Positions 27,342-36,568 of a DNA stretch of 64,000 bases are shown piece by piece (positions within the stretch are counted from its first letter, which is position 1; each line of letters opens with the position of its first letter). Source of the DNA: Comamonadaceae bacterium (lineage in GTDB: Bacteria; Pseudomonadota; Gammaproteobacteria; Burkholderiales; Burkholderiaceae_C); contig CANGME010000011.1 of assembly GCA_947455145.1 (NCBI GenBank), positions 60,182 to 124,181 of the forward strand, given 5' to 3'. The position numbers and the translations under genes are program-made. The notes under the pieces are model-generated. The model was not told where the DNA came from. It saw only the letters and a list, made by a program, of their open reading frames with translations, and searched no databases.

Positions 27342-29075
27342 ATGAATTTAACCAAACGTGATTTCTTCCAACTCTTGGGCGCAGGCACCATGGCCGGTAT
27401 GGGCTTGGGTACCTACGCCGATGCCGACGCCGCCACAGCCGCCAATGGCCTGTACGACATCCCATCATTTGGCAAGGTGTCTTTTCTGCACATGACGGAT
27501 TGCCATGCGCAGCTCAAGCCGATTTACTTTCGTGAACCCACGGTGAATTTAGGCGTGGGCAGCATGAAGGGTCGGCTGCCCCACTTGGTGGGTGAGCACT
27601 TGCTGAAAGAAGCCAAGGTGCGCCCCGGCAGTGCGCAGGCTCATGCGCTGACCGCGCTTGACTTTGAAAAAGCTGCACGCCGCTACGGCAAGGTCGGCGG
27701 CTTCGCGCACCTGGCCACGCTGGTCAAACGCCTCAAAGCCAGTCGCCCTGGCGCGCTGCTGCTGGACGGCGGCGACACCTGGCAGGGCTCGGCCACGTCC
27801 CTGTGGACGAATGCCCAAGACATGGTGGACGCGGCCAAGCTGCTGGGTGTGGACATCATGACCGGCCACTGGGAGTTCACCTACGGCATGGAGCGCGTGA
27901 AGGAAATTGTGGAGAAAGACTTTGCGGGCAAGATTGAATTTTTGGCGCAAAACATCAAGACCAATGACTTTGGCGACCCCGTCTTCAAACCCTATGTGAT
28001 CCGTGAAATAAACGGCGTGCCCTGCGCCATCATTGGCCAGGCCTTCCCCTACACCCCCATTGCCAACCCGCGCTACATGGTGGCCGACTGGGCCTTTGGC
28101 ATTCAAGAAGAAACCATGCAGGCCACGGTGAACGAGGCCCGCGCCAAAGGCGCGTTGGTGGTGGTGCTGCTCTCTCACAACGGCATGGACGTAGATTTGA
28201 AGATGGCCAGCCGCGTGACCGGCATCGACGCCATCCTGGGCGGCCACACACACGACGGCATGCCCGTAGCCACGCTGGTCAGCAACAAGAGTGGCAAGAC
28301 CATCGTCACCAATGCGGGCTCCAACAGCAAGTTCTTGGGTGTGCTGGACTTTGAGGTCAAAGACAAACGCATCACCGACTTCCGCTACAAACTGCTGCCC
28401 ATCTTCTCCAACATGCTGCCCGCTGATGTGGAGATGGACGCGCTCATCACCAAGGTGCGCGCGCCCTATGAAGCCAAGCTGGCCGAGAAGTTGGCCATCA
28501 CCGAAGGCACGCTGTACCGCCGAGGCAACTTCAACGGCACGGGCGACCAGTTGCTGCTGGACGCCTTGATGGACGTGCAGGGCGCTGACATGGCCTTCTC
28601 CCCCGGCTTCCGCTGGGGCACCAGCCTGCTGCCGGGCCAGGCCATCACGCGCGAATGGCTGATGGACATGACCGCCACCACCTACTCCTACGCCACCGTG
28701 ACCGAGATGAGCGGTGAGACCATCAAAACCGTGCTGGAAGACGTGGCCGACAACCTCTTCAACCCTGACCCCTACTACCAGCAAGGCGGTGACATGGTGC
28801 GCGTGGGCGGCATGCAGTACAGCTGCAACCCCAACGAGACCATGGGCAAACGCATCGACGACATGCGCCTGAACGGCAAGCCGATTGAAGCGGACAAAAA
28901 ATACAAAGTGGCCGGTTGGGCGCCCGTGTCTGAAGAGGCCAAAGCCGCAGGCGGCAAGCCGGTGTGGGAACTGGCTGAGCAGTGGCTTAAGGCCCAGGGT
29001 GGCAAGGTGTCAGCGCGCAAGCTTAACGCGCCTAAGCTGAAGGCGGTGTTGCCGAATCCGGGGTATGTAGGCTAA
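27342..29075 (+). CDS. soxB: Thiosulfohydrolase SoxB
   Basis: 577 aa. Tat signal TKRDFFQLLGAG. Calcineurin-like/5'-nucleotidase motifs (FLHMTDCHAQ, DGGDTWQGS, GHWEF, LSHNG, GGHTHD). Confidence 0.95.
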   Translation: MNLTKRDFFQLLGAGTMAGMGLGTYADADAATAANGLYDIPSFGKVSFLHMTDCHAQLKPIYFREPTVNLGVGSMKGRLPHLVGEHLLKEAKVRPGSAQAHALTALDFEKAARRYGKVGGFAHLATLVKRLKASRPGALLLDGGDTWQGSATSLWTNAQDMVDAAKLLGVDIMTGHWEFTYGMERVKEIVEKDFAGKIEFLAQNIKTNDFGDPVFKPYVIREINGVPCAIIGQAFPYTPIANPRYMVADWAFGIQEETMQATVNEARAKGALVVVLLSHNGMDVDLKMASRVTGIDAILGGHTHDGMPVATLVSNKSGKTIVTNAGSNSKFLGVLDFEVKDKRITDFRYKLLPIFSNMLPADVEMDALITKVRAPYEAKLAEKLAITEGTLYRRGNFNGTGDQLLLDALMDVQGADMAFSPGFRWGTSLLPGQAITREWLMDMTATTYSYATVTEMSGETIKTVLEDVADNLFNPDPYYQQGGDMVRVGGMQYSCNPNETMGKRIDDMRLNGKPIEADKKYKVAGWAPVSEEAKAAGGKPVWELAEQWLKAQGGKVSARKLNAPKLKAVLPNPGYVG

Positions 29076-29097
29076 GGTTGCGAACTACAGCACCGTC

Positions 29098-29117
29098 ATT
29101 CCCGCGAAGGCGGGAAT
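29098..29117. repeat. REP-type hairpin (ATTCCCGC-GAAG-GCGGGAAT)
   Basis: Perfect 8-bp stem 23 nt after soxB. It produces the spurious peptide ..IPAFAGMT.. in track ORF 29085-29285, a signature I recognise from REP-derived ORFs in proteobacteria. Confidence 0.6.
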
Positions 29118-29250
29118 CCATCGGTCGGTGATCTGGCGGTGAAGCATCAGCCATGGGCTTGCAACGTAATACAGGGTCAGGGCGCGTCTACCTGAATATC
29201 CTACGGCCCACATTAGGACACCGCATAGTTCGGCATCACAAAGTCTCCCC

Positions 29251-29871
29251 ATGAAGCCCAATAGCAGCATACAGTTCTTCGACAAGCAGTTTCAGCAGCA
29301 AGTACGTAACAGCGACTGTTTGCTCAATCCGTTTGAATTGGCTGCAATTCCTTACCTGACAGGACGGGTACTGGACTACGGGTGCGGTATGGGTAATTTG
29401 GCGTTCGCCGCCGCTGAGCGCGGATGCTCTGTTCTTGCCTTAGATGCTAGCCCTGCGGCAATTGGCCACATTCAAAAGCGTGCCGTAGCAGAGTCTCTTC
29501 CAGTACAAGGCGCGGTTGCCGATCTTCGTGACTTTGAACTGGTGGAAGTCTTTGACGCGGTGGTGTCTATTGGATTGCTCATGTTCTTCGACTGCCCCAC
29601 AGCATTCAAGGCTTTGTCGAATCTACAAGCCCACGTTCGTGAAGGTGGAGTGGCAGTAATCAACGTCTTGGTGGAGGGCACAACGTACCTGGACATGTTC
29701 GACACCGAGGGCCATTGCCTCTTCTCTCGCTCGGAGATGGAGGCGCGCTTTGCTGGCTGGAGAATTCTGCACTCTGCGTTCAATGACTTTGAGGCACCCG
29801 GAGGAAAGAACAAGGCTTTCGTCACCGTTATCGCACGCAAACCGAGTGCCCAGCACGGAAATTCGGTCTAA
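29251..29871 (+). CDS. Class I SAM-dependent methyltransferase (TehB-like)
   Basis: 206 aa. SAM motif I VLDYGCGMGNLAF. Visibly lower GC than its neighbours. Confidence 0.8.
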   Translation: MKPNSSIQFFDKQFQQQVRNSDCLLNPFELAAIPYLTGRVLDYGCGMGNLAFAAAERGCSVLALDASPAAIGHIQKRAVAESLPVQGAVADLRDFELVEVFDAVVSIGLLMFFDCPTAFKALSNLQAHVREGGVAVINVLVEGTTYLDMFDTEGHCLFSRSEMEARFAGWRILHSAFNDFEAPGGKNKAFVTVIARKPSAQHGNSV

Positions 29872-29872
29872 C

Positions 29873-31042
29873 CTACCCCGCCACAATCTGCCGCATAACC
29901 TCATAAAGCGTGTTTTGCCCTTCAAAGCCAATACCAGGCCGCTCCGACAAGCTCAGCATGCCGTTCTCCACAATAGAGTCATCGGCGAATCCGGCAAAGA
30001 TGCCAAAAGTCCCGGGGTAGGCCTCACACCCGCCGAGCCCGAAGCCCGCCACGATGGCCAGCGTCATTAAGTTGCCGCCATGGGGAAAGATCGAATGCCG
30101 TCCCCAGCCCCGGCTCTCCAGCATCTTGACGGTGCGGCCGAACTGAACGATGCCGTAGGACTGTGGCACGTCGATTTGAATGATGTCGCGGTCTTTGCGC
30201 AGGCCACCAAAGTGCACCAAATTTTGAATGTCTTGGGTAGAGAAAAGATTCTCCCCCGTGCCGATGGGTGATGGGTACAGGCTGGCAACTTCTGCGAGCA
30301 ATGCAAAGTCGAGTGGGTCGGTCGGCTCCTCGAACCAGCGCAGCTTGTAAGGGGCCAGCGCCTTGGCGTAGGCGATTGCACGCTCGGGGCTGAATCCGGC
30401 ATTGGCATCGACGGCCAGATGGTCGCTGCTACCCACTACTTTGAGTGAGGCCTCGATGCGGGCCAAGTCTTCGGCCACAGAAGCGCCGCCCACCTTGATC
30501 TTCATCGTGGTGTAGCCCTGCGCAAGCCGGTTGCGAATCTCGTCTTGCAACTCGGGGATGCCTTTGTTGGGCGCGTACCAGCCGCCGCCTACATAGCAAG
30601 GGATCACCTTGCGCACCTGGCCGCCGTTATAGAGGTCGGCCAACACGGCGTGCAAGGGGCGCTCTTGAATTTTGGCCACAGCGTCCCAAACCGCAACTTC
30701 GATGGTGCCGACAGCGACAGAGCGTTCGGTGTGGCCACCGGGTTTTTCGCGCTGCATCATGCAGGCGAGTATTTTTTCTGGGTCAAGGTTATCGCCAGCC
30801 ACGTTCAGCAGCGTCTCGGGTGCGGCCTTCATGATGCGCGGGATCAGGCGGTCGCGCATCTGGGCGCCGCAGGCATAACGGCCCGTTGAGTTGAATGCAA
30901 ACCCCACCACGGGCCGACCATCGCGGATGACGTCTGTGGCCACGGCCACAACCGAGGTGGTCATCTCGCTGAAGTCAAATACAGCGTTGCGGATGGATGA
31001 ATTCAGGGGGACGGCAATTTCACGGATGTCGGTGATTCTCAC
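29873..31042 (-). CDS. Enolase-superfamily dehydratase, D-tartrate dehydratase (TarD)-like
   Basis: 389 aa. The N-terminus ITDIREIAVPLNSSIRNAVFDFSEMTTSVVAVATDVIRDGRPVVGFAFNSTGRY and GDNLDPEKI...EKPGGHTERSVAVGTIEVAVWDAVAK closely track the Bradyrhizobium TarD sequence as I remember it. Confidence 0.7.
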   Translation of the reverse strand: MRITDIREIAVPLNSSIRNAVFDFSEMTTSVVAVATDVIRDGRPVVGFAFNSTGRYACGAQMRDRLIPRIMKAAPETLLNVAGDNLDPEKILACMMQREKPGGHTERSVAVGTIEVAVWDAVAKIQERPLHAVLADLYNGGQVRKVIPCYVGGGWYAPNKGIPELQDEIRNRLAQGYTTMKIKVGGASVAEDLARIEASLKVVGSSDHLAVDANAGFSPERAIAYAKALAPYKLRWFEEPTDPLDFALLAEVASLYPSPIGTGENLFSTQDIQNLVHFGGLRKDRDIIQIDVPQSYGIVQFGRTVKMLESRGWGRHSIFPHGGNLMTLAIVAGFGLGGCEAYPGTFGIFAGFADDSIVENGMLSLSERPGIGFEGQNTLYEVMRQIVAG

Positions 31043-31063
31043 GGGGGCTTCCTTTGTTTTGGT

Positions 31064-32089
31064 TCAGTCAATTTTGATGTTGGCGCGCTTGATGACCTCG
31101 GCCCATTTGGGGATTTCAGTGCGCAAGATTTTTTCATAGTTCGATGGGCTGCCACCAGTGGGCTCCACACCTTGATCGACGAGACGTTGGTAAATATCGG
31201 GGCGCTTCACCGTGGCGTTCACTGCGGTACTGAGCTTGTCCAGCACATCACTCGGCGTACCCGCCGGGGCCAGCATGCCCCAGTAACCCACCACGGTGGC
31301 CGACGCAAGGCCTAGCTCCGCCAAGGTGGGTACATCGGGCAGGACAGAGCTGCGACTTTCACCCGTGACCGCCAAGGCAAAAACTTTGCCCGATTTGATG
31401 TGTTGTGCGACAGTGCCGATGCTGCTGAACATCATGGGAACCTGCCCACCCAGCAAGTCCACCACCGCGAGCCCTGCGCCTTTGTAGGGCACATGCATGA
31501 TGTCAACCCCCGCCACTTGCTTGAACAATTCACCGGCCAAATGGGTCAAGGTGCCGTTCCCACCCGAGGCGTAGTTCAGAGCGCCGGGCTTGCTTTTGGC
31601 CAACGCGATGAGCGCTTTCAAGTCGCGCACCGCTAGCGATGGATGCACGACGATCACTGAGCTGGCAGAACCCACTAAGGCGACGGGCTGCAGGTCTTTG
31701 AGGGTGTCGTAAGGGAGCTTCTGGAACAAGCTGGCGTTGCTGATCAACGCTTGGTCGGCCATGAGCAGCGTGTAGCCGTCAGCCTGCGCCTTGGCGACTA
31801 CATCTGTGCCGATACTGCTGCCGCCACCGCCCCGATTTTCAACAACGACTTTTTGACCAAAGACCTCGGACAACCGGGGTGCCAAGGTGCGGGCCACACC
31901 ATCCGTCAAACCGCCGGGCGCATAACCCACCATGAGACGGATGGGTTTGGCGGGATAGCTTTGGGCGTGCGCACACGTGGCCGAAACCATTAAGCCAATG
32001 AGCACAACACTTAGTGCACGCTGAAAAGTTCGGAGTCCTCCATGAAGTAAGGCGTACAAAATTCCGCAAGGCACTTGGGTAGTGTTCAT
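31064..32089 (-). CDS. Bug/TctC-family periplasmic solute-binding protein
   Basis: 341 aa. YPAKPIRLMVGYAPGGLTDGVAR, HVPYKGAGLAVVDLLGGQVPMMF. Confidence 0.9.
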   Translation of the reverse strand: MNTTQVPCGILYALLHGGLRTFQRALSVVLIGLMVSATCAHAQSYPAKPIRLMVGYAPGGLTDGVARTLAPRLSEVFGQKVVVENRGGGGSSIGTDVVAKAQADGYTLLMADQALISNASLFQKLPYDTLKDLQPVALVGSASSVIVVHPSLAVRDLKALIALAKSKPGALNYASGGNGTLTHLAGELFKQVAGVDIMHVPYKGAGLAVVDLLGGQVPMMFSSIGTVAQHIKSGKVFALAVTGESRSSVLPDVPTLAELGLASATVVGYWGMLAPAGTPSDVLDKLSTAVNATVKRPDIYQRLVDQGVEPTGGSPSNYEKILRTEIPKWAEVIKRANIKID

Positions 32090-32205
32090 GTTTTTGGCAG
32101 TTGAATTGTTTCAGCAGCTTACACAGCGGGTCACTATAGCCAATAAATTATTTGAGGTACATTGAATTGAAATTTGACAACCCAACCTACGCGAGGAGGC
32201 CGTGA

Positions 32206-32988
32206 TTGGCTAATATTTTTGTGCAACAGATCGGTGCTGTGGGCCATGTTGTTTTCTCCAATGCCAGCAAGTTCAACGCGCTGACAACACAGATGTGGCA
32301 AGACCTGCCAACGCGCATTGCAGAGCTTGACGCCGACCCGGCTATCCGCGCCATCGTCTTGATGGGCGATGGCGACAAGGCCTTTGTTTCTGGCGCTGAT
32401 ATCTCTCAGTTTGGTGCTGAGCGCACCGATGCTCTGGCCCAGCAGAATTACAAAAACCTGGTTGACGCCGCCTACTTAGCGCCAACGCTGGCCAGCAAGC
32501 CGACCATCGCCAAAATCCGGGGCATTTGTATGGGCGGTGGCTTGGGTTTGGCGGCAGGCTGTGACATCCGTATCTGTGCGGACGATGCGCGCTTTCGCAT
32601 GCCAGCAGGGCGGCTCAGCCTGGGCTATGACCAAGCGGGTGTGCGTCGCTTTATCGCATTGATCGGCGTGCAAAACACCTACGATATTTTCTACTCAGCG
32701 CGAATCTTCGATGCACAAGAAGCACTGCGCATGGGGTTTGTCAGCCGCGTGGTGCCCGCCGCCCAGCTCGACGCAGCGGTGCAAGAGCTGACCAACGCGA
32801 TAGCCGACAACGGCCCTCTGACGCTGAAGGCCGTCAAGCTCAGTGTGAACGCATTTCTTCAAAACCCGGAACAACACCATTCACCGCAAGCACAGGCCGC
32901 CATCGATGCGGCCAATGGCAGCGAAGATTACGTTGAAGGCGTGCGCGCATTCGCCGAAAAACGCAGGCCACACTTCACTGGCCGCTAA
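32206..32988 (+). CDS. Enoyl-CoA hydratase/isomerase (crotonase) family protein
   Basis: 260 aa. TTG start 6 nt after GAGGAGG. Motifs FVSGADISQF and CMGGGLGLAAGCDIR. Confidence 0.85.
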   Translation: MANIFVQQIGAVGHVVFSNASKFNALTTQMWQDLPTRIAELDADPAIRAIVLMGDGDKAFVSGADISQFGAERTDALAQQNYKNLVDAAYLAPTLASKPTIAKIRGICMGGGLGLAAGCDIRICADDARFRMPAGRLSLGYDQAGVRRFIALIGVQNTYDIFYSARIFDAQEALRMGFVSRVVPAAQLDAAVQELTNAIADNGPLTLKAVKLSVNAFLQNPEQHHSPQAQAAIDAANGSEDYVEGVRAFAEKRRPHFTGR

Positions 32989-33011
32989 GGTCAAAAATTT
33001 TCAAGCGTTAT

Positions 33012-34019
33012 ATGCAATCTCCCTATGCCGTATTTGTCACCCGCCTCGGCGGCCCAGAAGTTCTTGAGCCGCGCACCATACCAATGCCGGCCGCACAAGC
33101 CGATCAACTGGTGCTGGAGCACACGGCCATCGGTGTCAACTTCGTCGATATTTATTTGCGTGCCGGACAGCCGCACGCACACAACCCTGAACCGCCTTTC
33201 GTGCCCGGTATCAACGCGGTGGGGCGGGTCATCGAAGTGGGGCGCGATGTTGTCGGCTTTCAGATCGGCGACCGGGTGACCTACACCAACGCCGGTGTGG
33301 GCAGCTATGCCAGCCATGTGGCCTTGTCGGCCGAACGTGCGGTCAAAGTGCCCGCTGCGTTAAGCGACGTCCGCATCGCTGCGGGTCTGGTGCGCGCCCT
33401 GACCGCGCAATACCTGCTCAAGCAAATGAGGCCATTGAAGCCGGGCGACACGGTGCTGATCCATGCCGCTGCGGGCGGCGTGGGGCAGATCCTGGTGCAA
33501 TGGGCGAAGCGGCTGGGCTTGCGAGTGGTGGCGACGGTGGGCAGCGATCTCAAGGCGAGCACCGCGCGTGAACTGGGCGCAGACTTCGTCATCAATTATT
33601 TGACCCACAATTTTGTCGATGAGGTTAAGCGCATCACCCAAGGCGAAGGCGTGAGTGTGGTGTACGACTCCGTCGGGCGCGACACCTTCATGGGTTCGCT
33701 GGCCTGCCTTGAACCCAAAGGGCTGGTGGTGAATTTCGGTACGGCCTCGGGCCAAGTAGAAGGGTTTGCGCTGCAGGAGCTGCATGCCAAATCGCTGTGG
33801 GTGTGTCGCCCTACCTTGCGCAGCTACATCGCCAAACGCATCGACTTGCTGGCCATGTGCGAGGAGGTGTTTGAATTGCTGGCGGATCCGACCCTGCGAC
33901 TCGATATTGAAGCCACCCTGCCGCTACATGAGGCAGCCCAGGCGCACCGCTTGCTGGAGGGGCGCACGACGCGAGGGGCGATTGTGTTAACGCCTACCAA
34001 CGCCCACAGTGCGCCATGA
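33012..34019 (+). CDS. NADPH:quinone oxidoreductase / zeta-crystallin-type MDR
   Basis: 335 aa. Motifs GVNFVDIY and HAAAGGVGQILVQWAK. Confidence 0.85.
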   Translation: MQSPYAVFVTRLGGPEVLEPRTIPMPAAQADQLVLEHTAIGVNFVDIYLRAGQPHAHNPEPPFVPGINAVGRVIEVGRDVVGFQIGDRVTYTNAGVGSYASHVALSAERAVKVPAALSDVRIAAGLVRALTAQYLLKQMRPLKPGDTVLIHAAAGGVGQILVQWAKRLGLRVVATVGSDLKASTARELGADFVINYLTHNFVDEVKRITQGEGVSVVYDSVGRDTFMGSLACLEPKGLVVNFGTASGQVEGFALQELHAKSLWVCRPTLRSYIAKRIDLLAMCEEVFELLADPTLRLDIEATLPLHEAAQAHRLLEGRTTRGAIVLTPTNAHSAP

Positions 34020-34052
34020 TGTTTTCACGTTTCACTTGAAAGGGCCAGTTTC

Positions 34053-34472
34053 ATGAAGCTTGCAATGATTCACTTCTCCTTCCCGATTCGGGACATTGAA
34101 TCGACACTCGCGTTCTATCGCGACCTGTTGGGCTGCACCGCAACCCGGGTGCAAGACGACCGGATTGATTTCGAGTTCTTCGGTCATCACTTGGTGGCGC
34201 AGTTGTCAGAAGTTGAAGCGGCACATCAGTCTGTGAACATCGGCAAAGACAACTACCCGCTGCGCCATTTCGGTGTGATTGTTGAACCCAGCGACTACGA
34301 CAGCATGCTCAACCGGTTGCGCCAAGCCCAGGTACCGTTTGCCATGGCGCCGACCCGGATCTTCATCGGCACGCCGCGCGAGCAGTCCGTGTTTCTGGTG
34401 CTTGACCCTTCCGGCAATGCAATTGAGGTCAAGGGTTTGCCACAGCCGGGTCAAGTGTTTTCTACGCAATAG
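34053..34472 (+). CDS. VOC (glyoxalase/bleomycin-resistance/dioxygenase) family protein
   Basis: 139 aa. HFSFPIRDIESTLAFYRDLLG and GNAIEVKG are typical VOC modules. Confidence 0.7.
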   Translation: MKLAMIHFSFPIRDIESTLAFYRDLLGCTATRVQDDRIDFEFFGHHLVAQLSEVEAAHQSVNIGKDNYPLRHFGVIVEPSDYDSMLNRLRQAQVPFAMAPTRIFIGTPREQSVFLVLDPSGNAIEVKGLPQPGQVFSTQ

Positions 34473-34512
34473 TTTTCCACGCAATAAACCGACAACGACA
34501 AGGAGTCACGAC

Positions 34513-35478
34513 ATGCCTAAGTTTGCAAGATTGCTGCTTCCCTTCATTGCTTTGGGCCTCAGCGCCGCTTCAGCCTGGGCCGACTACCCTGACAAACCGA
34601 TACGCATGGTGGTCGGCTACGCACCAGGTGGTGGTGCTGACAACCTCATTCGGCCCATTGCAGAACGCCTGAGCAAAATCCTCGGCCAGCCCATCGTGAT
34701 GGATTACCGTGCAGGCGCGGGTGGCGTGATCGCGGCGGAACTTCTGGCCCGTGCCCCGGCCGACGGCTACACGCTGCACATCACCGACTCGGGCCCGATG
34801 ACCATCGTGCCCAATATGCGCAAGACCGCCTACAACCCGTTGACCGATTTCACGCCCATTTCGATGGTGGGCGGTGGCGGTACGGTGATCGTGACGCCTA
34901 CTAATTCGCCCGCGACTGATCTGAAAAAATTGATCGAACTCATGAAGCAAAAACCCGAAGCCTGGAGCTACGGCACATCGGGCATCGGTGGTGTGGGTCA
35001 CCTCGCGGGTGAGCAGTTCAAAGCGGCAGCGGGCGTGAACATCACCCACGTGCCCTACAAGGGCGGGGCACCGGCCATGGTCGAACTGCTGGGTGGTCAC
35101 ATACCCGTGTTGTTCTCGTCGCTGGGTGCTGCGGCCACGCACATCAAGGCCGGTCGCATCATGCCGCTGGCCGTGACATCGGCCAAGCGCAGCACGCTGT
35201 TGGCCGAGACGCCGACGCTGGCCGAGTCTGGCTTTGCGGGTTTAGATGCCAGCATCTGGTTTGGCATCGTCGGCCCGCCCGGCTTGCCGGCCTCAGTGAT
35301 GGACAAGCTGGTGCCCGCTTTGAACGCCGTTATGCGTGAGCCTGAAGTGCAGGCTGCGATCCGCAAAGAGGGCTATGAGCCGATGTTGTTCACACCGGCT
35401 GAAATGCGGCTGCAGATCAGCCAAGACTTGACGCGCTGGGGCAAAACCGTCAAGGAAGCCAATGTGACGATGGAGTAA
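34513..35478 (+). CDS. Bug/TctC-family solute-binding protein
   Basis: Track ORF 34279-35478 trimmed to MPKFARLLLPFIALGLSAASAWA. YPDKPIRMVVGYAPGGGAD, HVPYKGGAPAMVELLGGHIPVLF. Confidence 0.9.
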   Translation: MPKFARLLLPFIALGLSAASAWADYPDKPIRMVVGYAPGGGADNLIRPIAERLSKILGQPIVMDYRAGAGGVIAAELLARAPADGYTLHITDSGPMTIVPNMRKTAYNPLTDFTPISMVGGGGTVIVTPTNSPATDLKKLIELMKQKPEAWSYGTSGIGGVGHLAGEQFKAAAGVNITHVPYKGGAPAMVELLGGHIPVLFSSLGAAATHIKAGRIMPLAVTSAKRSTLLAETPTLAESGFAGLDASIWFGIVGPPGLPASVMDKLVPALNAVMREPEVQAAIRKEGYEPMLFTPAEMRLQISQDLTRWGKTVKEANVTME

Positions 35479-35508
35479 ACCCTGAAGTCGTCAGGGTTCA
35501 AAGCCGCT

Positions 35509-36561
35509 TTAAAGCCGCTTAAGCAAAGCCACACCCGTCTCCCGCGTGCCCAGGCTGCCACCTACATCGCGCGTGCATTCACCGGCGGCAATGGTAGCTT
35601 CCATGGCCTGCTCAATGGCTTTAGCAGCAGCAAGGTAAGCGGGCAGGGCGCGGCGCTGGCCGTGCCAGGTCAGCAGCATGGCGGCTGAGATGACTTGCGA
35701 GAAAGGGTTGGCTTTGTTCTGGCCTGCGATGTCGGGCGCAGAGCCATGTGCGGCCTGGCCCATGGCATGCTCGGCCCCGGCGTTGAGTGAGCCACCCAAG
35801 CCCAGGCTGCCCGACAGTTCGGCGGTCAGGTCAGACAAGATATCGCCAAACATATTGGTCGAGACGATCACGTCAAAGCGCGCCGGGTCGCGCACCACGT
35901 GGGCCATCATGGCGTCCACGATGAAGTCGTCCACCGTGACCTGCGGGAACTCTTTGGCCACCTTGTGGCACTCGTCCAGGAAGATGCCGTCCGTCACGCG
36001 CAGCACATTGGCTTTGTGCACCAGCGTCACGTGTTGGCGGCGTATTGCAGCCAACTCAAAGGCGCTGCGGGCAATGCGCTCGCAGCAATGGCGGGTGATG
36101 CGGCGCAGCGAGATGGCGACATCGGGTGTGACCAAAATTTCGCTGTTGCCAGACTCCACATTGCGGTCGGCGTAAAAGCCCTCGGTGTTTTCACGCACCA
36201 CGACCAGATCGAAAGGCCCGGTGAGCGTTTCGACGCCGGGGTAGGTTCGGGCTGGGCGAATGTTGGCAAACAAGTCCAGGCTCTTGCGGAAGAACTTGGA
36301 CGGGTTGATCTCGCCCTTGGCTTCGTCTTTGAAGTCATAAGTGGCCATGGGGCCAAGCAGCAGGCCATCGGCAGCGCGCACCTTGGCCAGCAGCTCAGGG
36401 GTGACGGTGGCACCGCGTTGTTGCAAGCTGTCATGGCCTGCGATCTCGTGTTCCATGATTAGACCGAGGTCAAACTTTTGATTGACTGCGTGCAGCACGT
36501 CAACTGCGACTTGCATGGTTTCAGGGCCAATGCCGTCGCCGGGGATAACGATGAGTTTCAT
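35509..36561 (-). CDS. Isocitrate/isopropylmalate/tartrate dehydrogenase-family oxidative decarboxylase
   Basis: Trimmed to MKLIVIPGDGIGPE. VVVRENTEGFY and NMFGDILSDL motifs. Confidence 0.85.
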   Translation of the reverse strand: MKLIVIPGDGIGPETMQVAVDVLHAVNQKFDLGLIMEHEIAGHDSLQQRGATVTPELLAKVRAADGLLLGPMATYDFKDEAKGEINPSKFFRKSLDLFANIRPARTYPGVETLTGPFDLVVVRENTEGFYADRNVESGNSEILVTPDVAISLRRITRHCCERIARSAFELAAIRRQHVTLVHKANVLRVTDGIFLDECHKVAKEFPQVTVDDFIVDAMMAHVVRDPARFDVIVSTNMFGDILSDLTAELSGSLGLGGSLNAGAEHAMGQAAHGSAPDIAGQNKANPFSQVISAAMLLTWHGQRRALPAYLAAAKAIEQAMEATIAAGECTRDVGGSLGTRETGVALLKRL

Positions 36562-36568
36562 GGTGTTT

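Noticed and set aside
27549-28784. 411-aa ORF antisense to soxB
   Set aside because: Same high-GC antisense artefact. soxB on the plus strand has all calcineurin-like motifs and a Tat signal.
29085-29285. 66-aa ORF downstream of soxB
   Set aside because: It contains the REP-derived pseudo-peptide IPAFAGMT, overlaps the start of the methyltransferase gene and has no RBS. It is most likely non-coding.
34279-34512. N-terminal extensions of track ORFs (also 11300-11413, 25761-25802, 42672-42740, 43435-43458, 44165-44197, 45118-45225, 47392-47517, 56406-56474)
   Set aside because: The extensions overlap upstream genes or lack protein-like sequence. Internal ATG codons preceded by an RBS and followed by canonical signal peptides or family N-termini give the biologically sensible starts.
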